Origin: Escherichia phage vB_EcoS-G3B1
Sequence record: MZ234033.1
Direction: 5' to 3' (one strand)
Length of the DNA: 51,299 nt
In this document: piece by piece, positions 7,806 to 18,095 of the stretch
How positions within the stretch are numbered: position 1 is the first letter of the stretch
How the letters are laid out: each line of letters begins with the position of its first letter
Made by a program: the position numbers and the translations under genes
The notes under the pieces: model-generated
Told to the model about the DNA's origin: nothing
Databases searched by the model: none
Seen by the model: the letters and a program-made list of their open reading frames with translations, nothing else

Positions 7806-9373
7806 TGATCATATGGGAAGATTTGACGGCGGCGCAAAAGCGAGCCATTAAAGAAATCAGTGAGCATTCATTCGAAAAGATGATCAGAATCTGGTTTCAG
7901 TTATTGCAGGGGCAAAAATTCCAGAGCAACTGGCATTTTAGCTTATTGTGCAGTGAGGTAGAGAAGATCATCAATGGAGAGTCGCAGAATGTGATTTTCA
8001 ACATTACGCCAGGTAGCGGTAAGACTGAGATTTTCTCGATCCACATGTCACCCTACGCGTCATTGAAAAGTCGGAAGGTGAGAAACCTTAACCTTTCGTT
8101 TAGTGATGGACTTGTCCAGCAAAACAGCAACAGGATAAAGGAGATTATCGGTTCTCCTGAGTGGCAAGAGCTATGGCCAGGAAAACTGGCAAAGGCGAGC
8201 GCAAAAGATCTCATAGTTACGGATGGCGGCAAGGTTAAATTGCAAGTTAACTCACGTTCTATTGGCGGACAGGTAACAGGTTTGCGTGGCGGCTATATGG
8301 ATGATGGTTTTACTGGTATGCTGGTTCTGGACGATCCAGACAAGCCTGATGATATGCTTTCTAAGGTCAAGCGTGAGGCGATCCACATGAGGTTAAAAAA
8401 CACAGTGCGATCTCGTCGAATGAAAGACACCACGCCAATTGTTATGGTGCAACAGCGACTACACGTTAATGATTCCACCTGGTTCATGCTTAATGGCGGG
8501 ATGGGCGGTATTGAGTTTAAAGTTGTGAGCATTCCTGCGCTGGTTACGAAAGAATACCGCGAAACGCTTCCTGATTGGTTGAAGCCTGAATTTGATCGTG
8601 ATGTGTTGTCAAGTAAGCCAGTGATGATAGATGGAGTTGCTCATTATTCATTTTGGCCTGCAAAGGAAAGCGCGGAGGAATTGCTTGCATTGCGCAATGC
8701 AGATCCTTACACGTTCGCCAGCCAATACCAACAACAACCCATCGCGCTTGGCGGCAACGTGTTTAAAACAGAGTGGTTCCAGTATTACGGCAGCGGCGAA
8801 AAATGCGCACTTCCTAAACCGGATCGCTTTGAATACACATTTATTACTGGAGATACAGCACAGAAGGCCGGAGAGCTTAACGACTATTCAGTTTTTTGTT
8901 ATTGGGGGATGTATAAAAATCGCGTTTACTTCATTGATGGCATTCGCGGCAAGTGGGAAGCGCCAGATCTTGAATTAAATTTTATTGCCTTCGTTAATCA
9001 GTGCTGGAAGCGCAATAAGGAGTGTGGCAGCTTGCGACGTATTCACATTGAGGATAAGGCCAGCGGCACGGGTTTGATTCAGGGGGCCAAAAAGAAGATC
9101 CCGATTGATATAAATCCCGTTCAGCGAAGCAATGACAAGGTAACGCGAGCAATGGACGCCGCGCCAGTAATGAGGGCAGGACGTGTGGCACTGCCAGAAA
9201 GTCATCCCATGTTACCTGAGATACTGGCAGAGGTTGCAGCGTTCACTTTTGACGATTCTCATCCCCATGATGATATTGTCGATAATATAGTTGATGCTGT
9301 TAACGTCGAAATGAACTTGGCTGATGATCCTGTAGCAAGGATGAAAAAGCTGGCTGGTCTACGCAATAAATAG
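7805..9373 (+). CDS. Terminase large subunit
   Basis: Walker A TPGSGKT, 522 aa, followed by portal gene. Confidence 0.8.
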   Translation: MIIWEDLTAAQKRAIKEISEHSFEKMIRIWFQLLQGQKFQSNWHFSLLCSEVEKIINGESQNVIFNITPGSGKTEIFSIHMSPYASLKSRKVRNLNLSFSDGLVQQNSNRIKEIIGSPEWQELWPGKLAKASAKDLIVTDGGKVKLQVNSRSIGGQVTGLRGGYMDDGFTGMLVLDDPDKPDDMLSKVKREAIHMRLKNTVRSRRMKDTTPIVMVQQRLHVNDSTWFMLNGGMGGIEFKVVSIPALVTKEYRETLPDWLKPEFDRDVLSSKPVMIDGVAHYSFWPAKESAEELLALRNADPYTFASQYQQQPIALGGNVFKTEWFQYYGSGEKCALPKPDRFEYTFITGDTAQKAGELNDYSVFCYWGMYKNRVYFIDGIRGKWEAPDLELNFIAFVNQCWKRNKECGSLRRIHIEDKASGTGLIQGAKKKIPIDINPVQRSNDKVTRAMDAAPVMRAGRVALPESHPMLPEILAEVAAFTFDDSHPHDDIVDNIVDAVNVEMNLADDPVARMKKLAGLRNK

Positions 9374-9426
9374 CACTAATTGCTAAAAAGTTATATAATC
9401 AAGGCTGGATTTTTCCAGCCTTTTTT
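9368..9426 (+). promoter_or_regulatory. Cassette motif variant (AAATAGCACTAATTGCTAAAAAG), TATAAT at about 9394-9399, and hairpin plus T-run
   Basis: Motif starts on TerL stop codon; hairpin GGCTGGATTTTTCCAGCC followed by TTTTTT also acts as likely terminator. Confidence 0.5.
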
Positions 9427-9443
9427 ATTATGGAGATTTGACG

Positions 9444-10736
9444 ATGAGCGAAAAAACAAGGCTAGTTAAGGCCGATGGATACAACGAGATTTTCAAGGGT
9501 AGTAATGGCAATGGGCGTGTAGAGTTGCCTTTCTTTATGCAGGGGTTCGAATACACCACGCACGCTGATTTTTACATTCGTGACGGCCTAGCAAAACGAA
9601 TCATCGACGTTGTTCCAGAAGAAATGGTGACGCCTGGATTTAATATTGATGGCGTGGAAGATGAGGAAAGTTTTAGATCTTTGTGGGATGAGAAGCGACT
9701 AAACGATAAAATCATTGATGCGCTTTGCTGGTCGCGTCTTTTTGGTGGCGCTGCAATCGTGGCAATCGTCCAGGATGGCAGGTCGTTAAAGTCACCTGTA
9801 GCGCCTGGTGCAATCCTTGAAGATGTTCGCGTTTACGATCGCTTTCAGGTTAGGGTAGAAAAGCGCGAAACTAATCCACGCAAGGTAAGATATGGTGAGC
9901 CATTAATTTACACCATTTCACCTGGTGCCGACTTGCCAGAATACCAGGTTCACTATTCGCGAGTCTGTATTATCGACGGTGAGCGGCTACCAAATCAGCG
10001 GCGTCAATCAAATGATGGGTGGGGTGAGTCGATCCTGAATAAGAGACTTGTTGAGGCTATTTGTGATTATAACTACTGCGAAAACTTAGCAACTCAATTG
10101 TTGCGACGTAAGCAACAGGCGGTATGGAAAGTTAAAGGTCTTGCTGATCTTTGTGATGATGATGATGGTGTTAGTGCCGCACGTTTGCGACTTGCTCAAG
10201 TTGATGATGAGGGTGGCGTAGGCCGTGCGATCGGCATTGATGCGGAAGATGAGGAATATGATGTTTTAAATTCTGATATTTCTGCCGTCGATTCGTTCTT
10301 GGAAAAGAAGATGGATCGCATTGTATCTCTTTCCGGCATCCATGAAATCATCCTCAAAAACAAGAACGTTGGCGGTGTTAGCGCGAGCCAAAACACGGCG
10401 CTTGAAACCTTCTACAAGCTGATCGACCGAAAGCGAAAGGAAGAATACAAACCAATCCTTGAATTTCTGATCCCGTTCCTTATTCAAGAGGAAGAATGGA
10501 GCATTCAGTTTGCGCCGTTAAGCGTTCCAAGCGAAAAGGACCAGGCCGAAATCTTGAACAAGAACATTGATTCTTTGAGTAAGGCTATTGACGGTCAATT
10601 CATGGATGCAGAAGAGGCGCGCGACACATTGCGAGCCATTGCGCCTAACGTTAAACTAAAAGACGGCAATGACATTAAATTACCTGAGCAAGACGTAGAG
10701 CCGGAGCCAGGAACAACAGAGGGTAGCAATCAATGA
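9444..10736 (+). CDS. Portal protein (putative)
   Basis: Size 430 aa, position directly after terminase large subunit. Confidence 0.6.
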   Translation: MSEKTRLVKADGYNEIFKGSNGNGRVELPFFMQGFEYTTHADFYIRDGLAKRIIDVVPEEMVTPGFNIDGVEDEESFRSLWDEKRLNDKIIDALCWSRLFGGAAIVAIVQDGRSLKSPVAPGAILEDVRVYDRFQVRVEKRETNPRKVRYGEPLIYTISPGADLPEYQVHYSRVCIIDGERLPNQRRQSNDGWGESILNKRLVEAICDYNYCENLATQLLRRKQQAVWKVKGLADLCDDDDGVSAARLRLAQVDDEGGVGRAIGIDAEDEEYDVLNSDISAVDSFLEKKMDRIVSLSGIHEIILKNKNVGGVSASQNTALETFYKLIDRKRKEEYKPILEFLIPFLIQEEEWSIQFAPLSVPSEKDQAEILNKNIDSLSKAIDGQFMDAEEARDTLRAIAPNVKLKDGNDIKLPEQDVEPEPGTTEGSNQ

Positions 10737-11488
10737 TAGTGAAAGGCGTCGTTAAACAATGGCGCTTTCCTGAAGCAAGCGAGCGGCAATTGCGCCGCTC
10801 AATTCAGGAGGCGATAAGGGATCTTGTTGTGCTGATGCGCAGCAAAACAAAGGAAATGAAATTTGACGCGGACACCGAAGAAATCAACGCCGCAGAGGAT
10901 GAGATTAGTAGCTTCGCGTTAAAGCTAATAGCTGGCATCGCCGCATCACTTCCGGCTATCGGTCTTGCTGTTTATAAATTCAACGCGAAGCAATTTATTA
11001 ACGTAGCCAAATCAACGGGAGGCAAGTCAAATTCAGCCGTTATCATCCTTATGGCTATTGGGGCCAATGCGAATGAGAGTTGGTATAGGACGCTATACGG
11101 TCAATGGCATGACATGACGATCGCATCTCTTCAAAAGCTATTTGGAAACATCGTGTCTGACTGGTCAACCAATATTAGATTGGCAAACTTTCGCGGAATG
11201 AGAGATAGCCAGGTTAATGAATTGGCTGGTAAGAGGTTCGCAGTGTATAGCTCTTGGGGTAAGACAAGGGCGGAAAACATCATAGGCGCTTGGAATAGTA
11301 GACTCATGCGCCAGCGTCTTTATGATTCAAAAGTAACTCATTATTTTTGGCATGGTATGCTTGATGACAGAGAGCGATTGCAGCATGTACAATGGGAAGG
11401 TAAGCGCATTGCGCTAGATTCTGAACATGATTTTCCTGGTGAGCCTTTCGGTTGTCGTTGTTGGGCCATACCAGATTGGAACAGTTAA
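10733..11488 (+). CDS. Head morphogenesis / minor capsid protein (putative)
   Basis: ATGA overlap with portal; position between portal and scaffold-like gene. Confidence 0.4.
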   Translation: MIVKGVVKQWRFPEASERQLRRSIQEAIRDLVVLMRSKTKEMKFDADTEEINAAEDEISSFALKLIAGIAASLPAIGLAVYKFNAKQFINVAKSTGGKSNSAVIILMAIGANANESWYRTLYGQWHDMTIASLQKLFGNIVSDWSTNIRLANFRGMRDSQVNELAGKRFAVYSSWGKTRAENIIGAWNSRLMRQRLYDSKVTHYFWHGMLDDRERLQHVQWEGKRIALDSEHDFPGEPFGCRCWAIPDWNS

Positions 11489-11498
11489 GAGGTATTAA

Positions 11499-12614
11499 AT
11501 GAAGGCAAAACAAAGATTTGATAGCGCCAAAGTAAAGGCGCACTTTGATGATAACGGGTTTTTAGTTGATCGCCCTATCGTGGCGCGAATTGGTTTACAA
11601 GTCTATCAGACTCCTTTCGGTGAGCGCAGAGAATTTCGCCCTGCGTCAGAAGTATTCAAGGCCGACTCGCTCGCCACATTTGCAGGGAAGCCGGTCACGG
11701 TTGGTCACGTCACGGTAACGCCAGAAAATGCCGAAAAGGTTGTGGTTGGTTCTTGTGCTGGCGCTGGTGTGCCTAACGGGATCGGCGTAGAGGTTCCGTT
11801 AAGCATTTACTCAAAACGAGCAATCGAAAGCGCAAAGAAGCGAGACACGGCGGAAATTTCAGTTGGTTATACATCGGTTGATATTGATAAACCAGGCTGG
11901 GGCAATAATAAAACTGGTGAGTACGTTTTCGATGAGGACGTTAGCGAAGACTGGAAACCTGATTCTCCTGATTGGGTTAAGTTTGATGCAATCCAGACTG
12001 AAATCAAGGTAAACCACATCGCGTTAGTTTTCCGAGGTCGAGCTGGCATTGCAAAATTAAACCTTGATAGCCAGCAAGATTTTCCGTATAGTGACGACGT
12101 TATTAACAACAAAGAGGATCAAATCATGACTGTAAAAATTAAACTGGATGGCGCTGTAGAGTTTGACGTGCCGAAAGCGGTTGCGGATCACATTGAATCA
12201 CTGAAAGCTGATACCAAAGCGCAGAAAGAAAAGGCTGACAGCCTGGAAGCTGAGCGAGACGCACTGCAAACCAAAGTAGATGGCATTCAGGATCAGATTG
12301 ATGCCGCAGTCAAGAAGGCCAAAGAAGATGCCGAGCAATATGCTCAATTAGTGGCAGACGCTAAAGAGTTAGGCATCAAGTGCGACGGCCTGGATGCGAA
12401 AGCAATCAAGGTTGCATACATCAAGGAAGTTATGGGCAATGACGTTTCTGATAAAACTGATGCCTATATCGAAACAGCTTTCGACATCGCCAAAAACTCT
12501 GATAAAATGGCGGCGCAGCGTAAGAGCATTAAAGGTGACTCTTTCGCGAATGAAAAGCAGGATGACGCAGGTTCTAAGCTGAATCCTAACGCTCGTTTTG
12601 AGAAACTGAAATAA
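11499..12614 (+). CDS. Scaffolding-like head protein (putative)
   Basis: C-terminal half is charged and coiled-coil-like (KADTKAQKEKADSLEAERDALQTKVDG); position upstream of capsid genes. Confidence 0.4.
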   Translation: MKAKQRFDSAKVKAHFDDNGFLVDRPIVARIGLQVYQTPFGERREFRPASEVFKADSLATFAGKPVTVGHVTVTPENAEKVVVGSCAGAGVPNGIGVEVPLSIYSKRAIESAKKRDTAEISVGYTSVDIDKPGWGNNKTGEYVFDEDVSEDWKPDSPDWVKFDAIQTEIKVNHIALVFRGRAGIAKLNLDSQQDFPYSDDVINNKEDQIMTVKIKLDGAVEFDVPKAVADHIESLKADTKAQKEKADSLEAERDALQTKVDGIQDQIDAAVKKAKEDAEQYAQLVADAKELGIKCDGLDAKAIKVAYIKEVMGNDVSDKTDAYIETAFDIAKNSDKMAAQRKSIKGDSFANEKQDDAGSKLNPNARFEKLK

Positions 12615-12626
12615 GGAGTAATTAAA

Positions 12627-13136
12627 ATGGCTAAAATTGGAGCAAGTTATTTTGACACTATGGCGCGTGCGCTTCCTGGTCAGGTATCCGATACTTCGGC
12701 ATATAACATCGACGGCGCTTGTGTTCTTGACAAGGAAGACGGCATCCCAATCCTGGTTGGCGTGGCTGTTAAGCTAAAAGGCGTTGACTCAATGGGTAAT
12801 AAGCTGATCGACGCTATTTCTGGTAGTGGTGATGTTCCTTATGGCGTTGGCATCCGTTCGCACTTTCAAACTACGGCTGATAATGGACGAATGGTTTATG
12901 AGGCTGGCGGCGGAATCAACGTTATGACAGAGGGCCGCGTTTGGATGGTTGGCGATGATACCGACAAGAGCAAAAAACCATCGTATCGTGAGCCTGTAAA
13001 AATTGATGAAAACACTGGCAAGGTGAAAAGTGCTGGCACTATCAATACCAACTGGATTTACACGGGAGATAAAACCACATTTGGAACTGGCGATGATGTG
13101 TTGACTTTGTTTGAAGTTCAGGTCTTCCCAAGCTAA
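12627..13136 (+). CDS. Head-associated structural protein (decoration-like), paralog of next
   Basis: RBS AAGGAG; shares NIDG...G..V.V..KG...TEGRVWMV pattern with 13187..13975. Confidence 0.45.
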   Translation: MAKIGASYFDTMARALPGQVSDTSAYNIDGACVLDKEDGIPILVGVAVKLKGVDSMGNKLIDAISGSGDVPYGVGIRSHFQTTADNGRMVYEAGGGINVMTEGRVWMVGDDTDKSKKPSYREPVKIDENTGKVKSAGTINTNWIYTGDKTTFGTGDDVLTLFEVQVFPS

Positions 13137-13142
13137 AATTAA

Positions 13143-13166
13143 GGCGCTCGCTTGAGCGCCTTTTTT
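13143..13166 (+). terminator. Rho-independent terminator
   Basis: Hairpin GGCGCTCGCTTGAGCGCC then TTTTTT. Confidence 0.6.
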
Positions 13167-13186
13167 ATTATGTAAGGAGAAATGAA

Positions 13187-13975
13187 ATGGCTAAAGATTA
13201 TTCATCTGTTATGGGTCTTTCTTGCCCTGGTTGTTTGGTTGATTCTACTCGCTACAATATTGATGGAACTGGTGTTTGCGGATCTGAGTCGATCATTGCT
13301 GGCAAGGTTGTTTTCTTCAAAGAGAGAGTAGAAGGTTATAACATATTTGTTGATCAAAAAGAGGATAATGCAGTAGTTGCTGGTATTGCGCTAAGGAGCA
13401 ACATAACAACAACAGTTAACGAGGATGGCGGGTACTCTGACTACAAAGAAGGTGATCCTATTAGCGTTGTAACTCGTGGTCGCGTGTGGGTGTTAACTGA
13501 AAGTATTGATGAAGCTCCTTCACACGGTGAAAAAGTATATGTTAATAACGATGGATTTGTTGGCAAGTCCGGCGACCAGGTTGTTGATGGGTGGATTTTT
13601 ACAGGTGATTTTATGAAATTTGACAGTAGCATTAACATTGTAGGGATTCATATCAAACCTGTAATAGTACATGTTCAAAAGTTAACAGCGGCTATTATTG
13701 AAGATGTTGAAGGTAACAAGCCTGATGGAAACAGACCAAACAATGAGCCTGTTAATCTCAAGGTTACTGTAGAGCCTGAATATGCAACAGATAAAACTGG
13801 AACATGGGAGATTTCATTAGGAGGAGAATACGCATCAATTTCGCCAAGTGGTGACACGGCGCAAGTAACGCCATCAAGCAATGGTGATGTATATGTAAAC
13901 TGGGTGGCAAATGACGGATCTGGTGTATCTGACACATTTATCATCAACTTTGTAGATCCAGAGCCTGGCCCTTAA
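13187..13975 (+). CDS. Head-associated structural protein with C-terminal Ig-like extension (paralog of previous)
   Basis: Conserved N-terminal region (RYNIDGTGV...VTRGRVWVL) plus extra C-terminal domain. Confidence 0.45.
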   Translation: MAKDYSSVMGLSCPGCLVDSTRYNIDGTGVCGSESIIAGKVVFFKERVEGYNIFVDQKEDNAVVAGIALRSNITTTVNEDGGYSDYKEGDPISVVTRGRVWVLTESIDEAPSHGEKVYVNNDGFVGKSGDQVVDGWIFTGDFMKFDSSINIVGIHIKPVIVHVQKLTAAIIEDVEGNKPDGNRPNNEPVNLKVTVEPEYATDKTGTWEISLGGEYASISPSGDTAQVTPSSNGDVYVNWVANDGSGVSDTFIINFVDPEPGP

Positions 13976-13993
13976 CATAAAAACATCTTGCAC

Positions 13994-14044
13994 GTTTAAC
14001 AAAAAGTGCTATCATCTAGGCCGTTACATTTAACGGCCTTTTAT
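13994..14044 (+). promoter_or_regulatory. Inverted cassette motif (GTTTAACAAAAAGTGCTAT) plus hairpin and T-tract upstream of major capsid gene
   Basis: Reverse-complement form of the dispersed motif; hairpin GGCCGTTACATTTAACGGCC followed by TTTTAT. Confidence 0.5.
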
Positions 14045-14056
14045 GGAGGAAACAAA

Positions 14057-15028
14057 ATGGCTAAAAAATACGATGAATTAGATGCTACTATTGTAGCAAA
14101 TCATTTGCAGATTCAGGGTGTCAAGACCGACGCTTCTGATATGGGTATTTGGACCGCTCAAGAGCTACACAAGATCCGCTCAACCGCATACGAGAAAGAA
14201 TATCCGGCAGGTTCCGCGCTTCGCGTATTCCCTGTAACAAACGAGCTTTCTGATACTGATAAGACTTTTGAGTATCAGACTTTTGATAAGGTTGGCTACG
14301 CGAAAATTATCGCCGACTACACCGACGATCTGCCGACCGTGGACGCGCTGATGACTTCTGAATTTGGCAAGGTGTTCCGCCTGGGTAACGCTTTTCTGAT
14401 CTCCATTGATGAGATTAAAGCAGGTCAGCGAACTGGCAAGAGCCTGTCAACTCGCAAGGCTAACGCCGCGCAAAATGCGCATGATCAGTTGATTAACTTC
14501 CTGGTGTTCAAAGGTTCCAAGCCTCATAAGATCGTTTCCGTTTTCGATCACCCTAACCTTACGAAAATTGTTTCTAAAGGATGGATGAGCAAGGATGGAA
14601 GCACCAAGTTCCCTGATGTGGCAAGCGATGAACTGGAGGCTGCAATCGAGACTATCGAGGAAGTAACCAAAGGTCAGCACCGCGCGACTAACATCCTGAT
14701 CCCGCCGTCCATGCGTAAAGTCTTGACGGTTCGAATGGAAAATACCACTGAAAGTTATCTTGAATACTTCCAGAAGCAAAACGGCGGCATCACTATCGAC
14801 TCTATCGCAGAGCTTGAGGATATTGACGGCAAAGGTACGAAAGGTTGCTTGGTTTACGAAAAAGATCCAATGAACATGAGCATTGAGATTCCAGAAGCGT
14901 TTAACATGCTTCCGGCGCAGCCAAAAGACCTTCATTTCAAGGTTCCTTGCACTTCCAAGTGTACTGGCCTTACTATTTACCGTCCGTTTACGATGGTGCT
15001 TATTACTGGCTTGAAAAAGTCAGCTTAA
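14057..15028 (+). CDS. Major capsid protein (putative)
   Basis: RBS GGAGGAAA before ATG 14057 (ORF-track start 14006 trimmed); 323 aa; flanked by terminators. Confidence 0.6.
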   Translation: MAKKYDELDATIVANHLQIQGVKTDASDMGIWTAQELHKIRSTAYEKEYPAGSALRVFPVTNELSDTDKTFEYQTFDKVGYAKIIADYTDDLPTVDALMTSEFGKVFRLGNAFLISIDEIKAGQRTGKSLSTRKANAAQNAHDQLINFLVFKGSKPHKIVSVFDHPNLTKIVSKGWMSKDGSTKFPDVASDELEAAIETIEEVTKGQHRATNILIPPSMRKVLTVRMENTTESYLEYFQKQNGGITIDSIAELEDIDGKGTKGCLVYEKDPMNMSIEIPEAFNMLPAQPKDLHFKVPCTSKCTGLTIYRPFTMVLITGLKKSA

Positions 15029-15039
15029 TTAGATAACAT

Positions 15040-15068
15040 GGGGAGCCTTAAGGGTTCCCCTTTTTTTA
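15040..15068 (+). terminator. Rho-independent terminator after capsid gene
   Basis: Hairpin GGGGAGCCTTAAGGGTTCCCC then TTTTTTT. Confidence 0.65.
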
Positions 15069-15085
15069 TTTACGGAGTACACAAA

Positions 15086-15352
15086 ATGAGCAAAACTTTA
15101 AAACTTAAAGTAACTGGCGTTTGCATGATTATTATGGACGGTAAGCGTTATCACCCTGGTGATGAGATTGAAATTGAATCTGATCGCATTAATGATTCCG
15201 CAATTGAATACCTGATCGCTCGCGGCGATGTGGAAGTTAAAGACAATTCCGAAATTAACGAGCAAATCAAGGAGAAAGCGGAGAAGAAGCGCAAAAAAGA
15301 TCCTACCGAGGGCAAGAGCCGCAAAGAGCTAGAGGATGGCGGCGAATATTAA
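15086..15352 (+). CDS. Hypothetical head/neck protein (88 aa)
   Basis: RBS GGAGTACACAAA before ATG 15086; K/E-rich C-terminus. Confidence 0.45.
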   Translation: MSKTLKLKVTGVCMIIMDGKRYHPGDEIEIESDRINDSAIEYLIARGDVEVKDNSEINEQIKEKAEKKRKKDPTEGKSRKELEDGGEY

Positions 15353-15398
15353 TAATTGGGGCGCTTATGCGCCCCTTGTCATATCTGGAGAAAACAAA

Positions 15399-15818
15399 AT
15401 GGTAGATGAATTTTACACAGACGCTGAAATCGTTCAGCAAATCGTAAAGTTGGCCCCACCAATGCAGCAGGTTGATCCCGATTTAATTGTGGCATGGATT
15501 GAGCTTGCTAAAGAATTTGTTTGCAAAAAACGGTTTAAAAACTCATACCCGAAAGCGGTTGCGCTTTACACTCTTCACCTTATGACCTTAGACGGGGCAA
15601 TGAAACAGGAAGGTGAAAGCGTAGAAAGCTATTCCCGCCGCGTTGCATCGTTCACTCTGACTGGTGAGTTTAGTCAGACGTTTGATCGAATTTCTTCCGA
15701 TACAAGCGGAAAGCAGATCCGACAAACGCCGTGGGGCAAAATGTACGAAGTGTTAAACCGTAAGCACGGTGGCGGCTTTGGACTTGTAACTGGATTGCGC
15801 CGGAGATGTTGCCGATGA
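15399..15818 (+). CDS. Head-tail connector/adaptor protein (putative)
   Basis: RBS CTGGAGAAAACAAA before ATG 15399; position in neck module. Confidence 0.4.
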   Translation: MVDEFYTDAEIVQQIVKLAPPMQQVDPDLIVAWIELAKEFVCKKRFKNSYPKAVALYTLHLMTLDGAMKQEGESVESYSRRVASFTLTGEFSQTFDRISSDTSGKQIRQTPWGKMYEVLNRKHGGGFGLVTGLRRRCCR

Positions 15819-16189
15819 ATTACAATGAGATTGCAAGAATGGCTACTGCTGGGATTAACTTTTTCAGCGACGCTAACGGTATGTTTAAGTGCATCACGCA
15901 GCAGGGAGGGGTTGAGATTATCGGCGGAGAGGAAGTTACCAAGCCTGAGATTTCAGTGATGATAAAGGGGCTTGTTAGATCTCCGAGGACTAGAGAGGTT
16001 GACGGTGAAACGATCCGAGTAACCGACAAGTTGGGGGTATTCACCAATGAAACTGAGATCAAAAATGGTTATCAGATTGAAATTGATGGCGATCGTTATG
16101 TTGTCGTTGAAGCAAGACCAGTCAGACAGACTAACATCACGGCAGCTTATCGTCCGATATTAAGGAGGATTGCAGTGCATGGCGGATAA
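15806..16189 (+). CDS. Head-tail joining protein (putative)
   Basis: Overlapping start; neck module position. Confidence 0.4.
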   Translation: MLPMNYNEIARMATAGINFFSDANGMFKCITQQGGVEIIGGEEVTKPEISVMIKGLVRSPRTREVDGETIRVTDKLGVFTNETEIKNGYQIEIDGDRYVVVEARPVRQTNITAAYRPILRRIAVHGG

Positions 16190-16622
16190 TTATAAGATCA
16201 GGGAATTTCACGGTGATATAAGCAGGTGGATTGATTCAGTAAGCAGCGGCCTTGTTGATTGCGTTGAAATGTTCGCGACAAACGTCCACGAGGATCTTGT
16301 AAAGCGTTCGCCAGTTGATACGGGCCGATATAAAGCTAACTGGCAGGTAACAGCAAACAAGCCGCCGCTATATGCTCTCAATCAATACGATCGCGATGGT
16401 AGTAAAACCATTGCAGAAGGCAAGCGAGCAATATATGCAATCATGCGGGGCGGTGGCGCGGTGCGGTCAATCTATTTTTCAAACATGCTTATTTACGCCA
16501 ATGCGCTTGAATACGGGCATTCAAAACAAGCGCCGTCCGGCGTGCTGGGAATCGTGGCTGTAAAGCTGCGATCCTATATGACTAAGGCAATAAAGGATTC
16601 GAGGGCAAAAAATGCACTATGA
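16179..16622 (+). CDS. Tail completion / neck protein (putative)
   Basis: RBS AAGGAGG before ATG 16179. Confidence 0.4.
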   Translation: MADNYKIREFHGDISRWIDSVSSGLVDCVEMFATNVHEDLVKRSPVDTGRYKANWQVTANKPPLYALNQYDRDGSKTIAEGKRAIYAIMRGGGAVRSIYFSNMLIYANALEYGHSKQAPSGVLGIVAVKLRSYMTKAIKDSRAKNAL

Positions 16623-17013
16623 TTTAATGTTAGCGGCAAGAAAGGCGCTGGCGGAGGAATATGAATCACGATTCAAGATCGCCTATGAAAACGTTGATTT
16701 TGTTCCTCCTGGTGATGGTTCGATGTGGTTAAAATTTGACTACATGGAAGCCGACACAGATCGCATATCTCTTGATAGAAAATGCGTTTCTTATATCGGA
16801 TTGGTTCAGGTTGGAATTGTTATGCCTCCTGGCGGCGGCACTGATAAAGCGCGTTTGCTGGCTAAAGAGATTGCGAGATTTTTCTATGATGGTAGAATGT
16901 TTGAAACTGGCTATATTAGCGAGGGGGCAAACGTCCACGCATTACTAAAAAGTGAAACAGGTTGGTTCTTACCGATCCGTTTCAGTGTTAGGCTTGACAC
17001 AAAGGAGGAATAA
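16612..17013 (+). CDS. Tail terminator-like protein (putative)
   Basis: Position immediately upstream of major tail protein. Confidence 0.4.
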   Translation: MHYDLMLAARKALAEEYESRFKIAYENVDFVPPGDGSMWLKFDYMEADTDRISLDRKCVSYIGLVQVGIVMPPGGGTDKARLLAKEIARFFYDGRMFETGYISEGANVHALLKSETGWFLPIRFSVRLDTKEE

Positions 17014-17015
17014 TC

Positions 17016-17678
17016 ATGCACTTGCCTAATGGTTCTCAAATTTTCATCGGCGTTAATATGGGTGAGCCAATTAGCGCGACTCAAATCAGCAATGCTGATA
17101 ATCCTGTTTTTACAACCGAAAACACTCAAAGCATCAAAAAAGGCGCTTATGTTCTTATTGAAACATCTTCTTGGGGCAAACTTGTTAGTCGAGTGCTTCG
17201 AGTTAAGGAAGTATCAGATAATGTAAGTGTTACTCTTGAGGGTGTTAGCACTAAAGATACAAACGTATTTCCAGAAGGACAGAACACAGCAACTTTCCGA
17301 GAAGTGAAATCTTGGGTAGAGGTTCCTTGCGTACAGGATCTTGCGCAGGACGGCGGCGAGCAACAGTATTACACTTATCAGTGTTTGGCTGATGACCAGG
17401 AGCAGCAGTTGCCGACCTACAAGAGCGCGGTTTCTCTTACCTACACTTTCGCTCATGAATATGATAACCCGATTTATCCGATCTTGCGCGAGGCTGAGGA
17501 ATCCGGCGACGTAACCGCTTTGCGTATGTACGTGCCGAAAGCTAAAGAGATGCGTTGCTGGGCTGGCGTATTGTCTTTTAATGACATTCCGCAAACAACT
17601 ATGAACGAAATGGAAACTGTTTCCCTTTCTGTATCTCTGAAAGGCCGATTCACGTTCTTACCTTCCGACGTTAAGTAA
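17016..17678 (+). CDS. Major tail protein (putative)
   Basis: RBS AAGGAGG before ATG; followed by strong terminator, then chaperone and tape measure genes. Confidence 0.5.
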   Translation: MHLPNGSQIFIGVNMGEPISATQISNADNPVFTTENTQSIKKGAYVLIETSSWGKLVSRVLRVKEVSDNVSVTLEGVSTKDTNVFPEGQNTATFREVKSWVEVPCVQDLAQDGGEQQYYTYQCLADDQEQQLPTYKSAVSLTYTFAHEYDNPIYPILREAEESGDVTALRMYVPKAKEMRCWAGVLSFNDIPQTTMNEMETVSLSVSLKGRFTFLPSDVK

Positions 17679-17681
17679 AAC

Positions 17682-17705
17682 AAGGGGCGTTGCGCCCCTT
17701 TTTTC
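17682..17705 (+). terminator. Rho-independent terminator after major tail gene
   Basis: Hairpin GGGGCGTTGCGCCCC then TTTTTTC. Confidence 0.65.
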
Positions 17706-17744
17706 ATTCCTGTAAAATCAATCTATCAAATAAATTAATTCCAC

Positions 17745-17763
17745 TTTTAACAAAAAGTGCTAT
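17745..17763 (+). promoter_or_regulatory. Inverted cassette motif (TTTTAACAAAAAGTGCTAT) abutting RBS of tail chaperone gene
   Basis: Reverse-complement form of dispersed motif followed directly by AAGGAGA and ATG 17778. Confidence 0.5.
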
Positions 17764-17777
17764 AAGGAGATCTTAAG

Positions 17778-18095
17778 ATGGCAAAGATGAAACTAACGTT
17801 AGGCCCACTGCCTGATTTTAAGCTGCCTGTTTCTTTCGTGCTTCCAAATGGTGATGAGCAAGTTATTGTTTTTACCGTGCGCCACAAGAAGGCAAGCGAA
17901 ATTCACGAACGATACACGGCAGAAAAGCCGATGAGCGACGTAGAAATGATCACCTTCCTTGCTTCCGGTTGGGATCTGGAAGATGAATTTAACGAGGAAA
18001 ACGTTGCTAAATTGCTGGATTATTACCCGTCTGCGTCATTATCGCTGACTGGTCATTATATGAAAGCACTTGCGGGGCAGCGGGTAAAAAACTAA
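17778..18095 (+). CDS. Tail assembly chaperone (lambda G-like)
   Basis: Position between major tail and tape measure genes; ends in slippery heptamer. Confidence 0.65.
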   Translation: MAKMKLTLGPLPDFKLPVSFVLPNGDEQVIVFTVRHKKASEIHERYTAEKPMSDVEMITFLASGWDLEDEFNEENVAKLLDYYPSASLSLTGHYMKALAGQRVKN